Of a DNA stretch of 64,000 nt, positions 1 to 11,416 are shown piece by piece. The notes beneath the pieces were generated by a model. That model did not search any database, was not told the DNA's origin, and saw only the letters and a list, made by a program, of their open reading frames with translations. Positions within the stretch are counted from its first letter, which is position 1. Each line of letters starts with the position of its first letter. The position numbers were made by a program, and so were the translations under genes. This DNA is from Haliotis rubra (lineage: Eukaryota), in NCBI RefSeq assembly GCF_003918875.1, contig NW_025765392.1:1116001-1180000 (forward strand), written 5' to 3'.

Positions 1-2677
1 CATTGACCTTTCGAAAACTAAGTCTTTAAGTCATTGTTTGTTTCCTCGTTCAGTTGACAACAGCTTGAGAAATGTTGGCCTATTCTGATGGTATGTCTTT
101 GATTCACGGCTCCATGTTGCTCCCTGGCGTACTGTCCCGTGTTGCCTGATGACAATACTGTAGTTGTATGTTACCGCTCTTTCTCAGCTATCTCAGCTAT
201 GTCCACTGACCCAAGTCTCACCTGACAAGCACGTGGAATAAGGAAATGTGACAACCTATGGCATTTTCATCTTTGTGGTAAAGGTGTTACTTCGTGACAT
301 CTTCAAGGCCGTAAGAATTAACTACCTTTTATGTATGGAGATTTTATGGGCAATGTTTTTGTCTGAAGAATGCATTGATATGTGCGCGGTCAGACTGAAC
401 TGCGCCGTTAAGCTGGTGGTATTTTTAAGTTTTTATTTCCCGTTATGTTAATGAATGGGCCCACTAAACCACAGGTTTGACATTATTCTTTGTTGCTTTT
501 TTCTGTGTCTTGACCTTTGGTTATTTACGTGAGTGATCATCTGATTCTTTTGTTTCTCAAGAGCACATTCACTCTATTAAGTGGGATTACACATCCGTGT
601 AACTATAAGCGATGATGTACATCCGTGTCAGTAGACTGAAAATGTACTTCTCCATCTGTATGCTGGAAGGTGTGCTTCTGACTATACGATCTACTGTCAG
701 TATGGTAGACGATGTGCCCCGTGACCATATGACTGACATGTGCTCCTGTGTCTGTATGACTGACCATGTGCCCTCATGTCTTTTACTGGACACGTGCCCT
801 CATGTCTGTTTGGTACGGGGGTGGGGGTGGGGGGCACATCGTCTGTCAGTGTGTTTGCAAATGTTTCCTTGTGTGAGTATGGGTGTGATGATACACCATT
901 ACTTAGAGTCTGTGTCGATATCCTGCATATTAATCCGAGTATCCAGGTATATCCATGCCATGCCATGCCATGCAACGTCTCTACCCTGGTATTGGTGACA
1001 ATGTTGACGTTGGAGTAGCCAACGTTGGCATCAGTTATCACTTGATGTCTCTGGAGAATATGTTGTACCAGAGATTTGGGATCTGTTGAGGATAAACTAG
1101 TTTATTTGACAATTTTCGTCCTCCAGCCCGATTACCTTAAATTTCCCTATTAAAGTATGTTTATGTTTTCCTTACTGCACCTCTTAGCAAATTGACAGTG
1201 TCCATTATCATGGCATTCGTCGAAACGTTTTCACTGTTTAAAAAAAAAGACAATATAGAGATGCTGTTTTTCCAATACGACTTTTCAATTCAGTTTTTAG
1301 GTGTTACTTTGTGTTACACTGCCTGGCGTTTCGTATGTGAGGAACTCACTGACTGATCTGCTGGAGTCTGTATATTGTGCCTCAATTAGGTGTCCACATT
1401 AAACTGTGACATGCTATCCCAGTGGGTTACACTCAAACACCGACATTCTCATATCGCCAATAGTCAGACACACTTGCAATAGTCTTGTAGACGCGATTAC
1501 ATCAAGTTTCATCTCACACGCTAGGAGTAGAGACAGACAGCTGTAAGGTAAGGAATCAGAGCGCGACAGAATTGTTTAAATATGAGGTATCTCGAATACT
1601 GTAAGTATAGGCCAGGCGTGGGCTCGTTTTGTTTTATGAGCATCACCCATCATGTTCCATGACCAGTACCAGCGGGACGCCGCTCCACGCCTGCGTTGAT
1701 CGTTGATGATATATGATGCCACTTTAGTGAAACGTGGTCCACGCCAACACGTGTACTATTTTATCACGCTTGTTCAGATGTTCAGGGTTACTATTTAGCT
1801 TTTTTCATGCGTGAATGTGATATTGTTTTGGCACAAGAAGACAGGAAAGTGTACGTCATAATTGATAGTCGGTATACCACTAGATATCTGCCTTCTTTGG
1901 TCTGGTTTACTAAAACTGTATAATTACATTCTTATTCGTCTTCGTGATTAAACGATGTATGCTGTAAAGAGCATGTAGTAAAACAATATTTTGAAAGGGG
2001 ATACAAGAAAGTTTCAAAAGCTCTTTGACATTGAGGCTGTGCCTAGAAGGGAACGAGTTCAGCCAGGAAGAGACTCGCCTCCTTGTAAACCCCGCCCAGA
2101 GACCTATAATCATTGAATTGCTTCCGTGTACATGTATACATATGATCAAACTATGACAACATGAACCATGAATCATAATACATGTATTATATAAACACGG
2201 AAATACATGTGTATGCTAACACATGTCGTACAAAAGTGGGACAAACAGCATGTATTCTTGTTAAAATTTCAAACCAAAGCGTTCATGATATCACTTACAT
2301 GCACATTGGTAAAGGTGAGACGGGCTCTTTTCAAGTGTTGTAAATGCGTCAACGCGTTAAGAATTTATACCAATTCAACGTTTAGGTGGGATATTAAATT
2401 AGTTTTACTGGTAATTGATTGTAGGGACTGTGGGATATATAAAAGGTGACAAACTTGTGGGGGCGGAGGGGTGATAGCATAGCATGATACAGACCTACCA
2501 CCATCTCACCACGTATCCCCACCTCTATACTAGGTCACTAGGATCACCAGACCCTTGCAAATGTTGATCTATATTCCTCTGAATTCGGAAAAGCGACGGT
2601 TACATGACAACATCAAATATTATCCAAAATCACCTGGAAACAGTCTGTCAGATCTATTTGCCAGCTCTAGACTAAGA

Positions 2678-2843
2678 GTACTAGTGAGTGAGTATGTATG
2701 CCGCTTTTAGCAATATTCCAACAATATCACGGCTAGGGATCCAGAAATAAATGGACTTCACACAATGTATCCAAGTGGGGAATCGAACTCGAATCTCAGG
2801 CGTGACGAAGGAACGCTTTAACCACTAGGCTACCCCACCGACC
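2678..2843 (-). mobile_element. tRNA-derived SINE, family A (diverged)
   Basis: A/B boxes, (ACTC)n tail, TSD ctctagactaaga. Confidence 0.9.
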
Positions 2844-2989
2844 CTCTAGACTAAGAACACCACTGTCATAAATTGAGTGGGATATGATAGACCAGAGTTA
2901 AAGAAACCCGCAATCACTTGAATGGTAACTATGAGTCAAGATGAAACGTCTCACATCTACTCTGATGATAGATACCTATTGCAGAAACT

Positions 2990-3107
2990 TCAGTAGATTA
3001 ACGCTTAGTCTCTGAATATATATTATTTTAATAGTAACAAACAAACCCATTTAAATTGAAAAGGAGCCCCAGTGAGTTGGGAGATTCAGGGGAAATCTAG
3101 ACTTGCT
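2990..3107. repeat. Dispersed repeat with an inverted partner at about 5567-5710
   Basis: Shared tagtctctgaa, aaaggagcc and tctagacttgc blocks in opposite orientation. Confidence 0.5.
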
Positions 3108-4886
3108 TTATTTAGGGTTTCAGCATTACAAAGAGGGCTAGGCAGTAGGGAAAATAATGTGGTTCAGGGACTGTGAGACAGACTAAAACTTCAGCCGCTA
3201 ACGCTGTAGCTGTGTTGGTCTGTGGAGAGGGCATGACGTGACGGACAGGTGGTCCAGCCAATCGCTCGCTTACTGAGTCGGTCGCGACCATCTGTATGGT
3301 TGATATGACGCAATGAACAATCACAGCCCCCAGAAAGTCGTATTGAGTAAGAGCGGACTTCAGACAGGCAAAGGTTTTAGCCAGGAATGTGAGGCCGAAA
3401 TGCACTGTACAGCCTATATCTGAGGCCTGTTGTAATGGAATGTGTCTCGATCAAGTTGTGCGCTGCTGCTCCCGTGTGACGGGACTTATGTGAAAGCGTC
3501 ACGCACTGTTTGGGATACATCTTACGTCGTTCATTCCAATACGGATGTACTACAGCTTTTACTCTCAATCGTGAGTATCGTCAGACCACATGTCTGTCTC
3601 ATTCTCCCTCTTGTTCAATATACTTGCTGTTCTATCCTACTGAACATGAAGCAATTCTCCAACACTCTGTTGACAGTACGCATTACCAGATATAAATATA
3701 TGTCCATATATGTTTACCACTGTCTCGTGTCGACACAGATCTTGCCAGCTTAAATCCCAGTCGGCCTCAACTTTCCCTTTCTTTTTTCAATGTTCGGGTG
3801 AATCGGTTTTGTTTCACAGTTATGTGAATGTTCCAAAGTTTGTTCGAGCATTATCAAGAATTGTACTTATCTGATTACACGAGGATAGTCTAAACTATTG
3901 TTGTTCTCTTTTAAAGTTTTGACATTCCGTCGCACCTTCTTGAACAGAACCCCAACCCCGCACCCACGTTGAGTGGTAGTACGTTGTAAATGTATCACAT
4001 CACTTATCACAATAACTCAGCACAGTAAATATACTACTCAAAGAAACCAAACGCCCAATTATATCATATTTTACAGCCAGTCTGAAATGTCATAACATTA
4101 ACTCCAGTGGTGTAATTAGAGCCTGATGCTTCATTTTGGTTTCATATATCGCCTTAGATTGGAACCTGAGTTTCTAATATTCAATGTTTGTAATGTGTAA
4201 AAGCAACGTAGAGTAGTATTAGGACCGACGCACACCGTTTGCTTAACGTATCCGAGTAAATGTTGACTCGTGCAGCATTCAACACACGGGATGATGCGAC
4301 GAGTGTCAAGTGTTTGAGACGAAGAGGCCGGTAGCTTCAGACGTAACTCTGTTCTGAATCAGTGAGACAACAGCCTCTTGGACGGGGACATCTTGAGTAA
4401 CGAGGAGTTCTAAACGTGTTCACATCTGCATGAACCTCCATTAAATGACGCTTAAACACCAGTCCTGTATTGTCTGCAAGTCGTGATTTCACGTATAATA
4501 TCCGTCTGCATATGACCTTGTTTTGGTCTGGTGAGTATCAAGGCGGATACTTTTCACTGTCGACTGATCTTGTCGAAAAAAGCCTGATTATTTAATGTTC
4601 ATCTGTCAAAATTATGTCTGGAATTTAGCAGTGTTACGCTCAATGGATTCCTCTTGCGAGGTCATATTACAACACTCGTGCAAGGCATACCTTGCGATAC
4701 TTATCCGCGGGTCGTTTGGGGTCAGGCTTGCTTTGTTTTGCCTGTATGTCGGGTTGATCATGATCCGGGGTTAGCGTTATTTCTTCGGTTTTACTTTTGT
4801 GTCTCCTCAATTGAGGTTTTATTATTGTTGTTTTTTCCCCAGACACAGTAAAGACGATCTGAAGTGCAGACGGTTTCTTTCCGAAT

Positions 4887-4896
4887 ATGGGTCAAG
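4887..4896 (+). CDS. First coding exon (exon 4843-4896) of a myristoylated MARCKS/AKAP-like acidic protein gene; encodes M-G-Q plus 1 nt
   Basis: Acceptor ttttttccccAG at 4841-4842; ATG GGT CAA G followed by the consensus donor GTAAGT at 4897. Joins in frame to the next exon to give MGQVLSRKR. The acceptor implies an unidentified upstream non-coding exon. Confidence 0.7.
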
Positions 4897-5385
4897 GTAA
4901 GTCAGTCGACTAGGAATTGTCAGTCCACGTCTCCTGTATTGAAATGTCGGTTATGATGACGCAAAACCTTTTGAAATTCATTTTAAGTTCAAATGGTCTG
5001 ATATAGTACTCGACGTTTGATAGGGACAATCCGATATGAATATAAGTGGATACAAGTGTAAAACATTCATGTATCCATCACTCTCCTGAACGTTAACTTC
5101 CCTAAGCGGCATGTACATGTTATTTTGACGTACAAGAGATAGCTTGCTTTATAAGGGTGTAAGTAACTACAACCACACGTCGCACACGTTGTGCATGTCT
5201 TCAGATTTGTCTTCCATTTTTCTCAAACGTTGTTGAGTACAACCAAGTCTAATTCATGCTTTCTGTGTCTACTGACATGGGTAGCTTTTCTTTAAGTTTA
5301 TGTATTTCGTACAAGGTCATTTAGTTCATGTTTGTGTACAAGAAACAACATGAAGGCGAGAATTTATGGATGTCAACTTCTTTAT

Positions 5386-5463
5386 TTTGAGGGACACGAA
5401 TTTTCGGAGTATATTCTTACTCTGAAGAAGAAGAATATTCTCCGAAATGTCATGTCCCTCAAA
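5386..5463. repeat. 78-bp imperfect palindrome, possible Penelope-like terminal relic
   Basis: tttgagggaca..ttcggagtatattctt / aagaatattctccgaa..tgtccctcaaa. Confidence 0.5.
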
Positions 5464-5561
5464 GGGGGCGGTTGGGTAGCCTAACGGTTAAAGCGTTCGC
5501 TCGTCACGCGGAAGACCCGGGTTCGATTCCCCACATGGGTAAAGTGTGAAGCCAATTTCTG
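5464..5561 (+). mobile_element. SINE family A, 5' part only
   Basis: tRNA-like head with GGTTCGATTCC; no tail. Confidence 0.88.
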
Positions 5562-6354
5562 ATATGTGGCAAGTCTAGATGTCCACAGCTTCAATGAAGA
5601 AAGTCTCAGGGCTCCTTTGGCTCCTTTTCATTATATATATATATTTTTTATTATGAGCTTTTTCTCTGTGCAATATTTTCATTTCAGAGACTAGTTGTTA
5701 GTCTATACTTCGGTTATCAGTTCACACAGCTAAAACCGTAATCCGGCTTGTAGTCGAGAAAATGAATTTCGTTGAATATTTACATTCACACCAGTACCTA
5801 ATCACATCTAGACGGCTACTATATAAACACATTCACCTTTCAATTACACTTGGCTTAATCCGCCCCTTACGTATCTCTGTTTTCATAAGAGATATCATTT
5901 CACGGGTGTCAATTACGCTTAAACAAACACAGGCACTCTTAAGAGGGTTAACAAAATAACCACTAATTGTTAAGCAGCTTATCTGGCCACAAGTTGCTGA
6001 TTCGTTGCGGGTAGTCGGCTGTTCTGGTGGCGCCTGTGGCGATCGTTTCACAGCCTGAGGTCTATAATGCATCGTCTCAATGTTACTTATGCACGTGACG
6101 TGCAGCTTGACATAGATGCCATGGACGATAAAGGCGTCTTTGTTAGTTTTCCTTGTGGACGGTTTCCGTATGAAATTCTCAGTTCATTTTGAAAAGAAAT
6201 GAATACTGTTTTATTTTTGCGCTTTGAGCATGTTGTACATGGAAAACAGCGCATTACAAGCATGCTATTATTATTATTCTCCATCAATTTACTAAGGAAA
6301 AGTTAAGGACGGCCTATTTCTCTCATTACTATAGTTAATCGTAACACCACGCCA

Positions 6355-6522
6355 GACCCGTGAAAGTCCGGGTTAGAATATTGATCTTCAGTAACCCATG
6401 CTTGTCGTAAGAGGCGACTAACGGCACGGGTGGTCAGGCTCGCTGACTCGGTTGACACATGTCATCGGTTCCCAGTAGCTCAGATCGATGCTCATGCTGT
6501 TGATCACTGGATTGCCTGGTCA
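6355..6522 (+). mobile_element. SINE family B (Meta/MESC-like core), 3'-truncated
   Basis: gacccgtgaa..ccgggttagaa..cttgtcgtaagaggcgactaa core shared with the copies below; the domain name is from recall. Confidence 0.8.
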
Positions 6523-6711
6523 AGGACGGCGGCTACCGTTTCGTGCGTAGTGTATATTCATAGAGTTGCACATATCCAATATTGGAGAATAGGGTGAAAT
6601 ATTGGTCCTGTATTAGGAACGAATCATGTTACACTGTTACAATTATTTCTCCCAGACTGCACTGAACACAATCTAAAGGATCATATCAAAATCATTTCAC
6701 ACTTATTTCAG

Positions 6712-6873
6712 TTTTGTCCCGAAAACGGTCGGCTTCTGCCAACATTACAGCGCACAAAAGCGACGACGTGACGGCTAACAGCAATGGCGACGTCGTCAAA
6801 GCGGAGGCCAACGGTTCCGCAATCCAGTCGACGGGAATTGAATCAAAAGTAGAGGTGACAGAGACAGATGCAG
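6712..6873 (+). CDS. Coding exon 2 of the same gene (VLSRKRSASANITAHKSDDVTANSNGDVVKAEANGSAIQSTGIESKVEVTETDA)
   Basis: Acceptor ttatttcAG, donor CAG|GTAGCA; 162 nt, phase 1-1, open frame; GC-richer than the flanks. Confidence 0.72.
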
Positions 6874-7459
6874 GTAGCATTACATTTTCTTGACTAAAAC
6901 TATTAATACTTTTAACCTTATTTTCTCATGACCACAACCGAAATAATATTTTGCATATAAGTACATTGTAGCCAAGGACATTGGTTAAAATGTTGACATG
7001 CCAACATAGATCATTCTTAGAATTCCCGGTGGGTAGTCTTGTTGTTGAAGACTTGGGTTTGATTCTTGAAATGGGTACATCCTGTGAAACCCATTTATAG
7101 CCTCCCCCGACGTCATGTTGCTTAAATATTTCTAAAAGGGCCGTAAAAGCATACCCACCTACTCGTAATATTCCACGCCTTGATATTGATGGACTATTTC
7201 TAAAGGCCACGTGAGAGGACACTTGCTCGAAAAGCGATCTCCGTTTAAGGGTCAGGACACTAGGGTACGGTATTACATGTCGTTATCAGTCATGCACGAA
7301 GTGTAATGGAAGTCGACGGGCGATTGTTTGATTTTTTTCATGTTTTTCAAATGTTTTCGTTTCTGAAAGTCGAAATGTTAGTTTCTTTTGTGTCCAGGTA
7401 AGAGCCACAGGGCAGCTATTGGCCGTGTAGTATGCTTTCTTGTTTCCGGTACCCTCAAA

Positions 7460-7609
7460 GGGCGTTGGGCTAACCTAATGTTTTAAACGTCCGCTCGTCA
7501 TGCTGAAGACCCGGGTTCGATTCCCATATGGGTACAATGTGTAAAGCCTATTTCTGGTGTCTCCCGCCGTGATATTGCTGTAATATTGCTAAAAGCGGCG
7601 TAAAACCAT
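7460..7609 (+). mobile_element. SINE family A (diverged)
   Basis: Matches the other copies over its full length. Confidence 0.88.
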
Positions 7610-8660
7610 ATCCGGTAACTCACAGGCACGCTCAAGAAACGCTTGCCTGCACAACAATTTGCGACACAATAGACATGTAACCGTTTATTCCCGTATTTTT
7701 ATTTTGAGGAAGAAAATGTATTACAAATTCACTTCATCTTTAAAACGTATACACTATTTCCCTTACGCCACCCATAATCATCGGCTACTTGTGAAACAAA
7801 GGCGTCCACGTATCGATTGTTCAGGATCTAAAATTTTCAGAGCTTTTGAAGAACTTTCCTGTTACTTTGACACGACCAGGAACTCTATCAACTAGTCACG
7901 TTTAGCCTACCTGTTGACCAGGAAACTCTTTTAAATTACGTAGTCTTTCACTAGCCAGTGCAATAGTTTGTCGTTCATGACTATATATGTTTGCGTAACA
8001 AAACTGCAATGTTTGTTATGTTTTGAACGCTGCACTAATCGTGAATACAAGATCAGATTTGTTTAGTATAGTTTAACAAATACACACTTGCAGGTCGGTC
8101 ATGTGATTTGTGAATTTTGTTACCTGAATATTACATACACCTGATATATTTCCTTGAGCAGTTTGCGTCCATTACACGCAACATACACGTACTCGTCATT
8201 CGTGACATACTGCTGGCAGTTTTGACACATGTCGTTGTGCCTGTACCAATCGTCATATCCCCCAAACACGCCTGTCATCCCTCCAGCAACATTCCAATCG
8301 ACTGTAGATATCACCTGATGAAAGACATTCACATCGGCAATAAATACCCCCACCTAGCATGGGGGCATGATGGCGGAACATCTTAATGCTGGGGAGAGTG
8401 GAAAGTATATGTCAGAATAACACCGCAGGAAAAAGAACATATACCCCTTTTAATACTCTATTCTGAGAGGATGACATACATACTCGATTTGCGTTGAGAA
8501 TGTACCAACTGACGCATAACAAAATACGAAATTAACTTGGGCCTTGTCTCCGTGCGAAAATAATAATTAGTCGCAATCATATTGCGATGTTGCCACGAGA
8601 TGTGTCGTTCCTCCGAGATTTCAGAATCTCCCGCACCATCTGCTGATTGAACTCATGTAA

Positions 8661-8825
8661 CTAACTGACTGAGTTTGGTTTTACGCCGCTTTTAGCAATA
8701 TTCCAGCAACATCACGGCGGGGACACCAGAAATGGGCTTCACACATTGTACCCATGTGGGGATTCGAACCCGGGTCTTCGGCGTGACGAGCGAACGCTTT
8801 AACCACTAGGCTACCCCACCGCCCC
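8661..8825 (-). mobile_element. SINE family A
   Basis: Full length, TSD gaactcatgtaa. Confidence 0.95.
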
Positions 8826-9071
8826 GAACTCATGTAAAATTGTCACAGATAGGATTAAATCGGTTACAACTATGATCAGTAGCTCCCGGGAATATGAGGT
8901 GAGGAGGAATGGGTTTGAGATTATTGGTCTAATGCAGCTTTGTCTAACCTACGTGCATGCACTGTATATACATAAACACGTGTCCAGTGGGTATGTATCT
9001 ATTTGTGTCTGCATATGTATCTGTACTAGTCCGGACTACTGCATGTTTATAGCACAAGTTCATTGAGATAC

Positions 9072-9228
9072 GGGCCGGTGGGGTAGTCTAGCGGTTAAAG
9101 CGTTCGCTCGTAACGCCGAAGACCCGGGTTCGAATTCCCACAAGGGTACTATGTGTGAAGCCCATTTCTGGTGTCCCCCGCCGTGATATTGCTGGGATAT
9201 TGCTAAAAGCGGCGTAAAACCAAACTCA
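9072..9228 (+). mobile_element. SINE family A
   Basis: Full length, near-perfect TSD ttcattgag(a/t)tac. Confidence 0.93.
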
Positions 9229-9278
9229 TTCATTGAGTTACATAGTAACACAACGAAGACCCAATTTACAACGCAGAC

Positions 9279-9437
9279 CCAATTTACTGACTCCAAACCG
9301 CCCATTTCCTGTTTCATCCCCTCAATGCCGAGCGCCAGACAGGGAAACAACAAGTACCACGCTTTAACGGCTTTTGGTATCACGTAACTGGGAATCAAAC
9401 CCACCAGTCAGACGGTGTATCCACTACACCACAGGGG
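9279..9437 (-). mobile_element. 5' part of a family C-related SINE
   Basis: Reverse complement has a tRNA-like head and ccctgtctggcgctcggcattg..ggagtcagta, as in 44845-45147. Confidence 0.65.
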
Positions 9438-9523
9438 ACTTAAGACAATATGAACATCAACATAACCAGTTTACCGAGACGATAAGGCCACGTTATCGTA
9501 TTCATCGCACTTGTTTACATTTT

Positions 9524-9583
9524 CCGCCGCCATATAGCTGAGATATTGCTGAGTGCGGCGTAAAACTAAACTCACTCACTCAC
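9524..9583 (+). mobile_element. SINE family B, 3' tail only
   Basis: Hairpin plus (ACTC)n tail between TSDs tgtttacatttt. Confidence 0.85.
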
Positions 9584-9771
9584 TGTTTACATTTTGATCA
9601 GACAGTTCCATTAAAACTATAACTTGACCCCTGAAACATGTAACTTGAGAAATCTGTAACAATCACATTTCCCGAATATAGTTATTACTTAAATGTAAGG
9701 CGGGTTTATTTAATTTATTTTCCTCCTCTGAATCTGTACGGGGTATACTAAACTGTCAAATCTTCTCGTAG

Positions 9772-9915
9772 CACCAGTTAAAGAGAAGAAGAAGAGGAGA
9801 AGATTCTTCTTTAGCCTCAAGCGCACACGTCCGGGAAGCGGGCGAAAAAAGAAGGCGAAGAAAGACCGAAATGGGCAAGTCAACGCAGACACCTCCGGCA
9901 ACAGCAGCAAGAGTG
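9772..9915 (+). CDS. Coding exon 3: polybasic/Phe effector-like segment (APVKEKKKRRRFFFSLKRTRPGSGRKKKAKKDRNGQVNADTSGNSSKS)
   Basis: Acceptor tcttctcgtAG, donor GTG|GTAATA; 144 nt, phase 1-1, open in the frame set by exons 1-2. Confidence 0.75.
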
Positions 9916-10220
9916 GTAATAGAATCAGTACGTTCTGTAGAATAGCCTTTGGTGGTAGAACAAGGACATTCTGTAGAATAGCCTTTGGTGGTAGAACAAG
10001 GACGTTCTGTAGAATAGCTTTTGGTGGTAGAACAAGCTAGGAAGTTCTGTAGACTAGTTGGTGGTAATAGAACCAATACGTTCTGTAGAATAATCGGTCA
10101 TGGTTGAACAAGGACGTTCTGTGGACTGGGTGTTGTAGCAGAACCAGTCCGTCCTGTAGAGTGGTGGCGGTAGAACAAGTACGTTTTGTAGACAAGCCAT
10201 TGGTGGTAGTAGTGGAATCG
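9912..10220. repeat. Intronic minisatellite, about 36-bp unit
   Basis: Repeated gttctgtagaatagcctttggtggtagaacaaggac-like units, degenerating distally. Confidence 0.85.
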
Positions 10221-11054
10221 GTAAACTGCATTTTTCTGCAATAATTTGTTACAGCACCTAGCACCGTATCCCGCGCCCCTAATATCAAATACAGTTACCC
10301 ATATTTCCGTAAATATCAACATTCCCGTGTTGACTATGTCAACTCGTATGTTAGTTTTATCTTTGACCAAAGATAATAATATGCGAATGATGACGTCTTG
10401 TCAAGTAAAACATAGACCAAGTATGCAAGTCTGCAAGCGCTGAATGGGACGCTTGTCTCGTAAATGTAGTCATGTGTGTCCTGCGGGCAATAGGGCTCCA
10501 CCGGACAATGGACACGGTACGCTGTTATCAGATTCATCGGCTTACCGACTCAATGAGTTATGCGAGTCATGTACAGAGTTGAATATATAACGACCCATTG
10601 TTGTTGACTGCACAACTGACGTCGAGACATATCTGCTTCCACAAACCCAGTCTTATTCTCAGTATTATGTTTCAGGTTTGTTTATGGACGAGTTTCAGAT
10701 ACCGGAAGATGATGGTATTGATTCAGTCAGCCTGTCCTCAAACGGTAAGGTCAATATCAGTCGTCAATGATTGCAGTATATTGTTTGGTACCTTGAACAA
10801 CATCGATGGCAGTCGAATCGTATTCTAATGAAAAAGATTGTTATCAACAAGATATGTAGAGCGATTTTCTGTATCATTAACATTTGTCTGAAGTTGTAAT
10901 ACATAAACATGAGACCGAACAACCCATACGTAAAATAGTGTGTGTTTACTCAAACTTTGATAAACACAAACTTTGATATAGCGCAAAATTATTGAAGTGA
11001 ATTACTAGTATTACAAGTATATATGCCAACAGTAGTACCTTCACATGCTGCTTA

Positions 11055-11224
11055 GGGCGGTGGGGGTAGCCTAGTGGTTACGGCGTTCGCTCGTCTCGCC
11101 GAAGACCCGGGTTCGATTCCCCACATGGGTACAATGTGTAAAGCCCATTTCTGGAGTCCCCCGCCGTGATATTGCTGGAATATTGCTAAAAGCGGCGTAA
11201 AACTAAACTCACTCACTCACTCAC
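11055..11224 (+). mobile_element. SINE family A
   Basis: Full length, (ACTC)n tail, TSD tcacatgctgctta. Confidence 0.95.
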
Positions 11225-11416
11225 TCACATGCTGCTTATTTGATAAAAAAATCCACAAATATATCCCAGAAGCATAGTTCAGGGCAATAATACAATATGA
11301 CCACGGACGTTGGCCGCTGCCGGACGTGGCCTGATGTAGTTCTAAACAAATGCAGAATAAGCTTTGTTAGTAAATCACAAGGCATGATCTCATTTCGTTC
11401 ATTTATTTCCATTCAG

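Noticed and set aside
587-1041. Overlapping short ORFs near the window start
   Set aside because: Low-complexity, weakly repetitive sequence with no recognisable domain or splice support.
2955-2998. Hammerhead-like CTGATGA..GAAAC flanked by atctact/agtagat
   Set aside because: Stem II does not abut GAAA, stem III cannot form, and the 3' arm overlaps the edge of a separate dispersed repeat. Likely chance.
9916-10220. 36-bp repeats as a CRISPR array
   Set aside because: Head-to-tail degenerate units without unique spacers, no cas genes, and a eukaryotic intron context.
11055-11130. tRNA genes at SINE heads (this and 11 similar loci)
   Set aside because: The heads continue into a shared body and tail, mostly with TSDs. 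They are SINEs, not tRNA genes.
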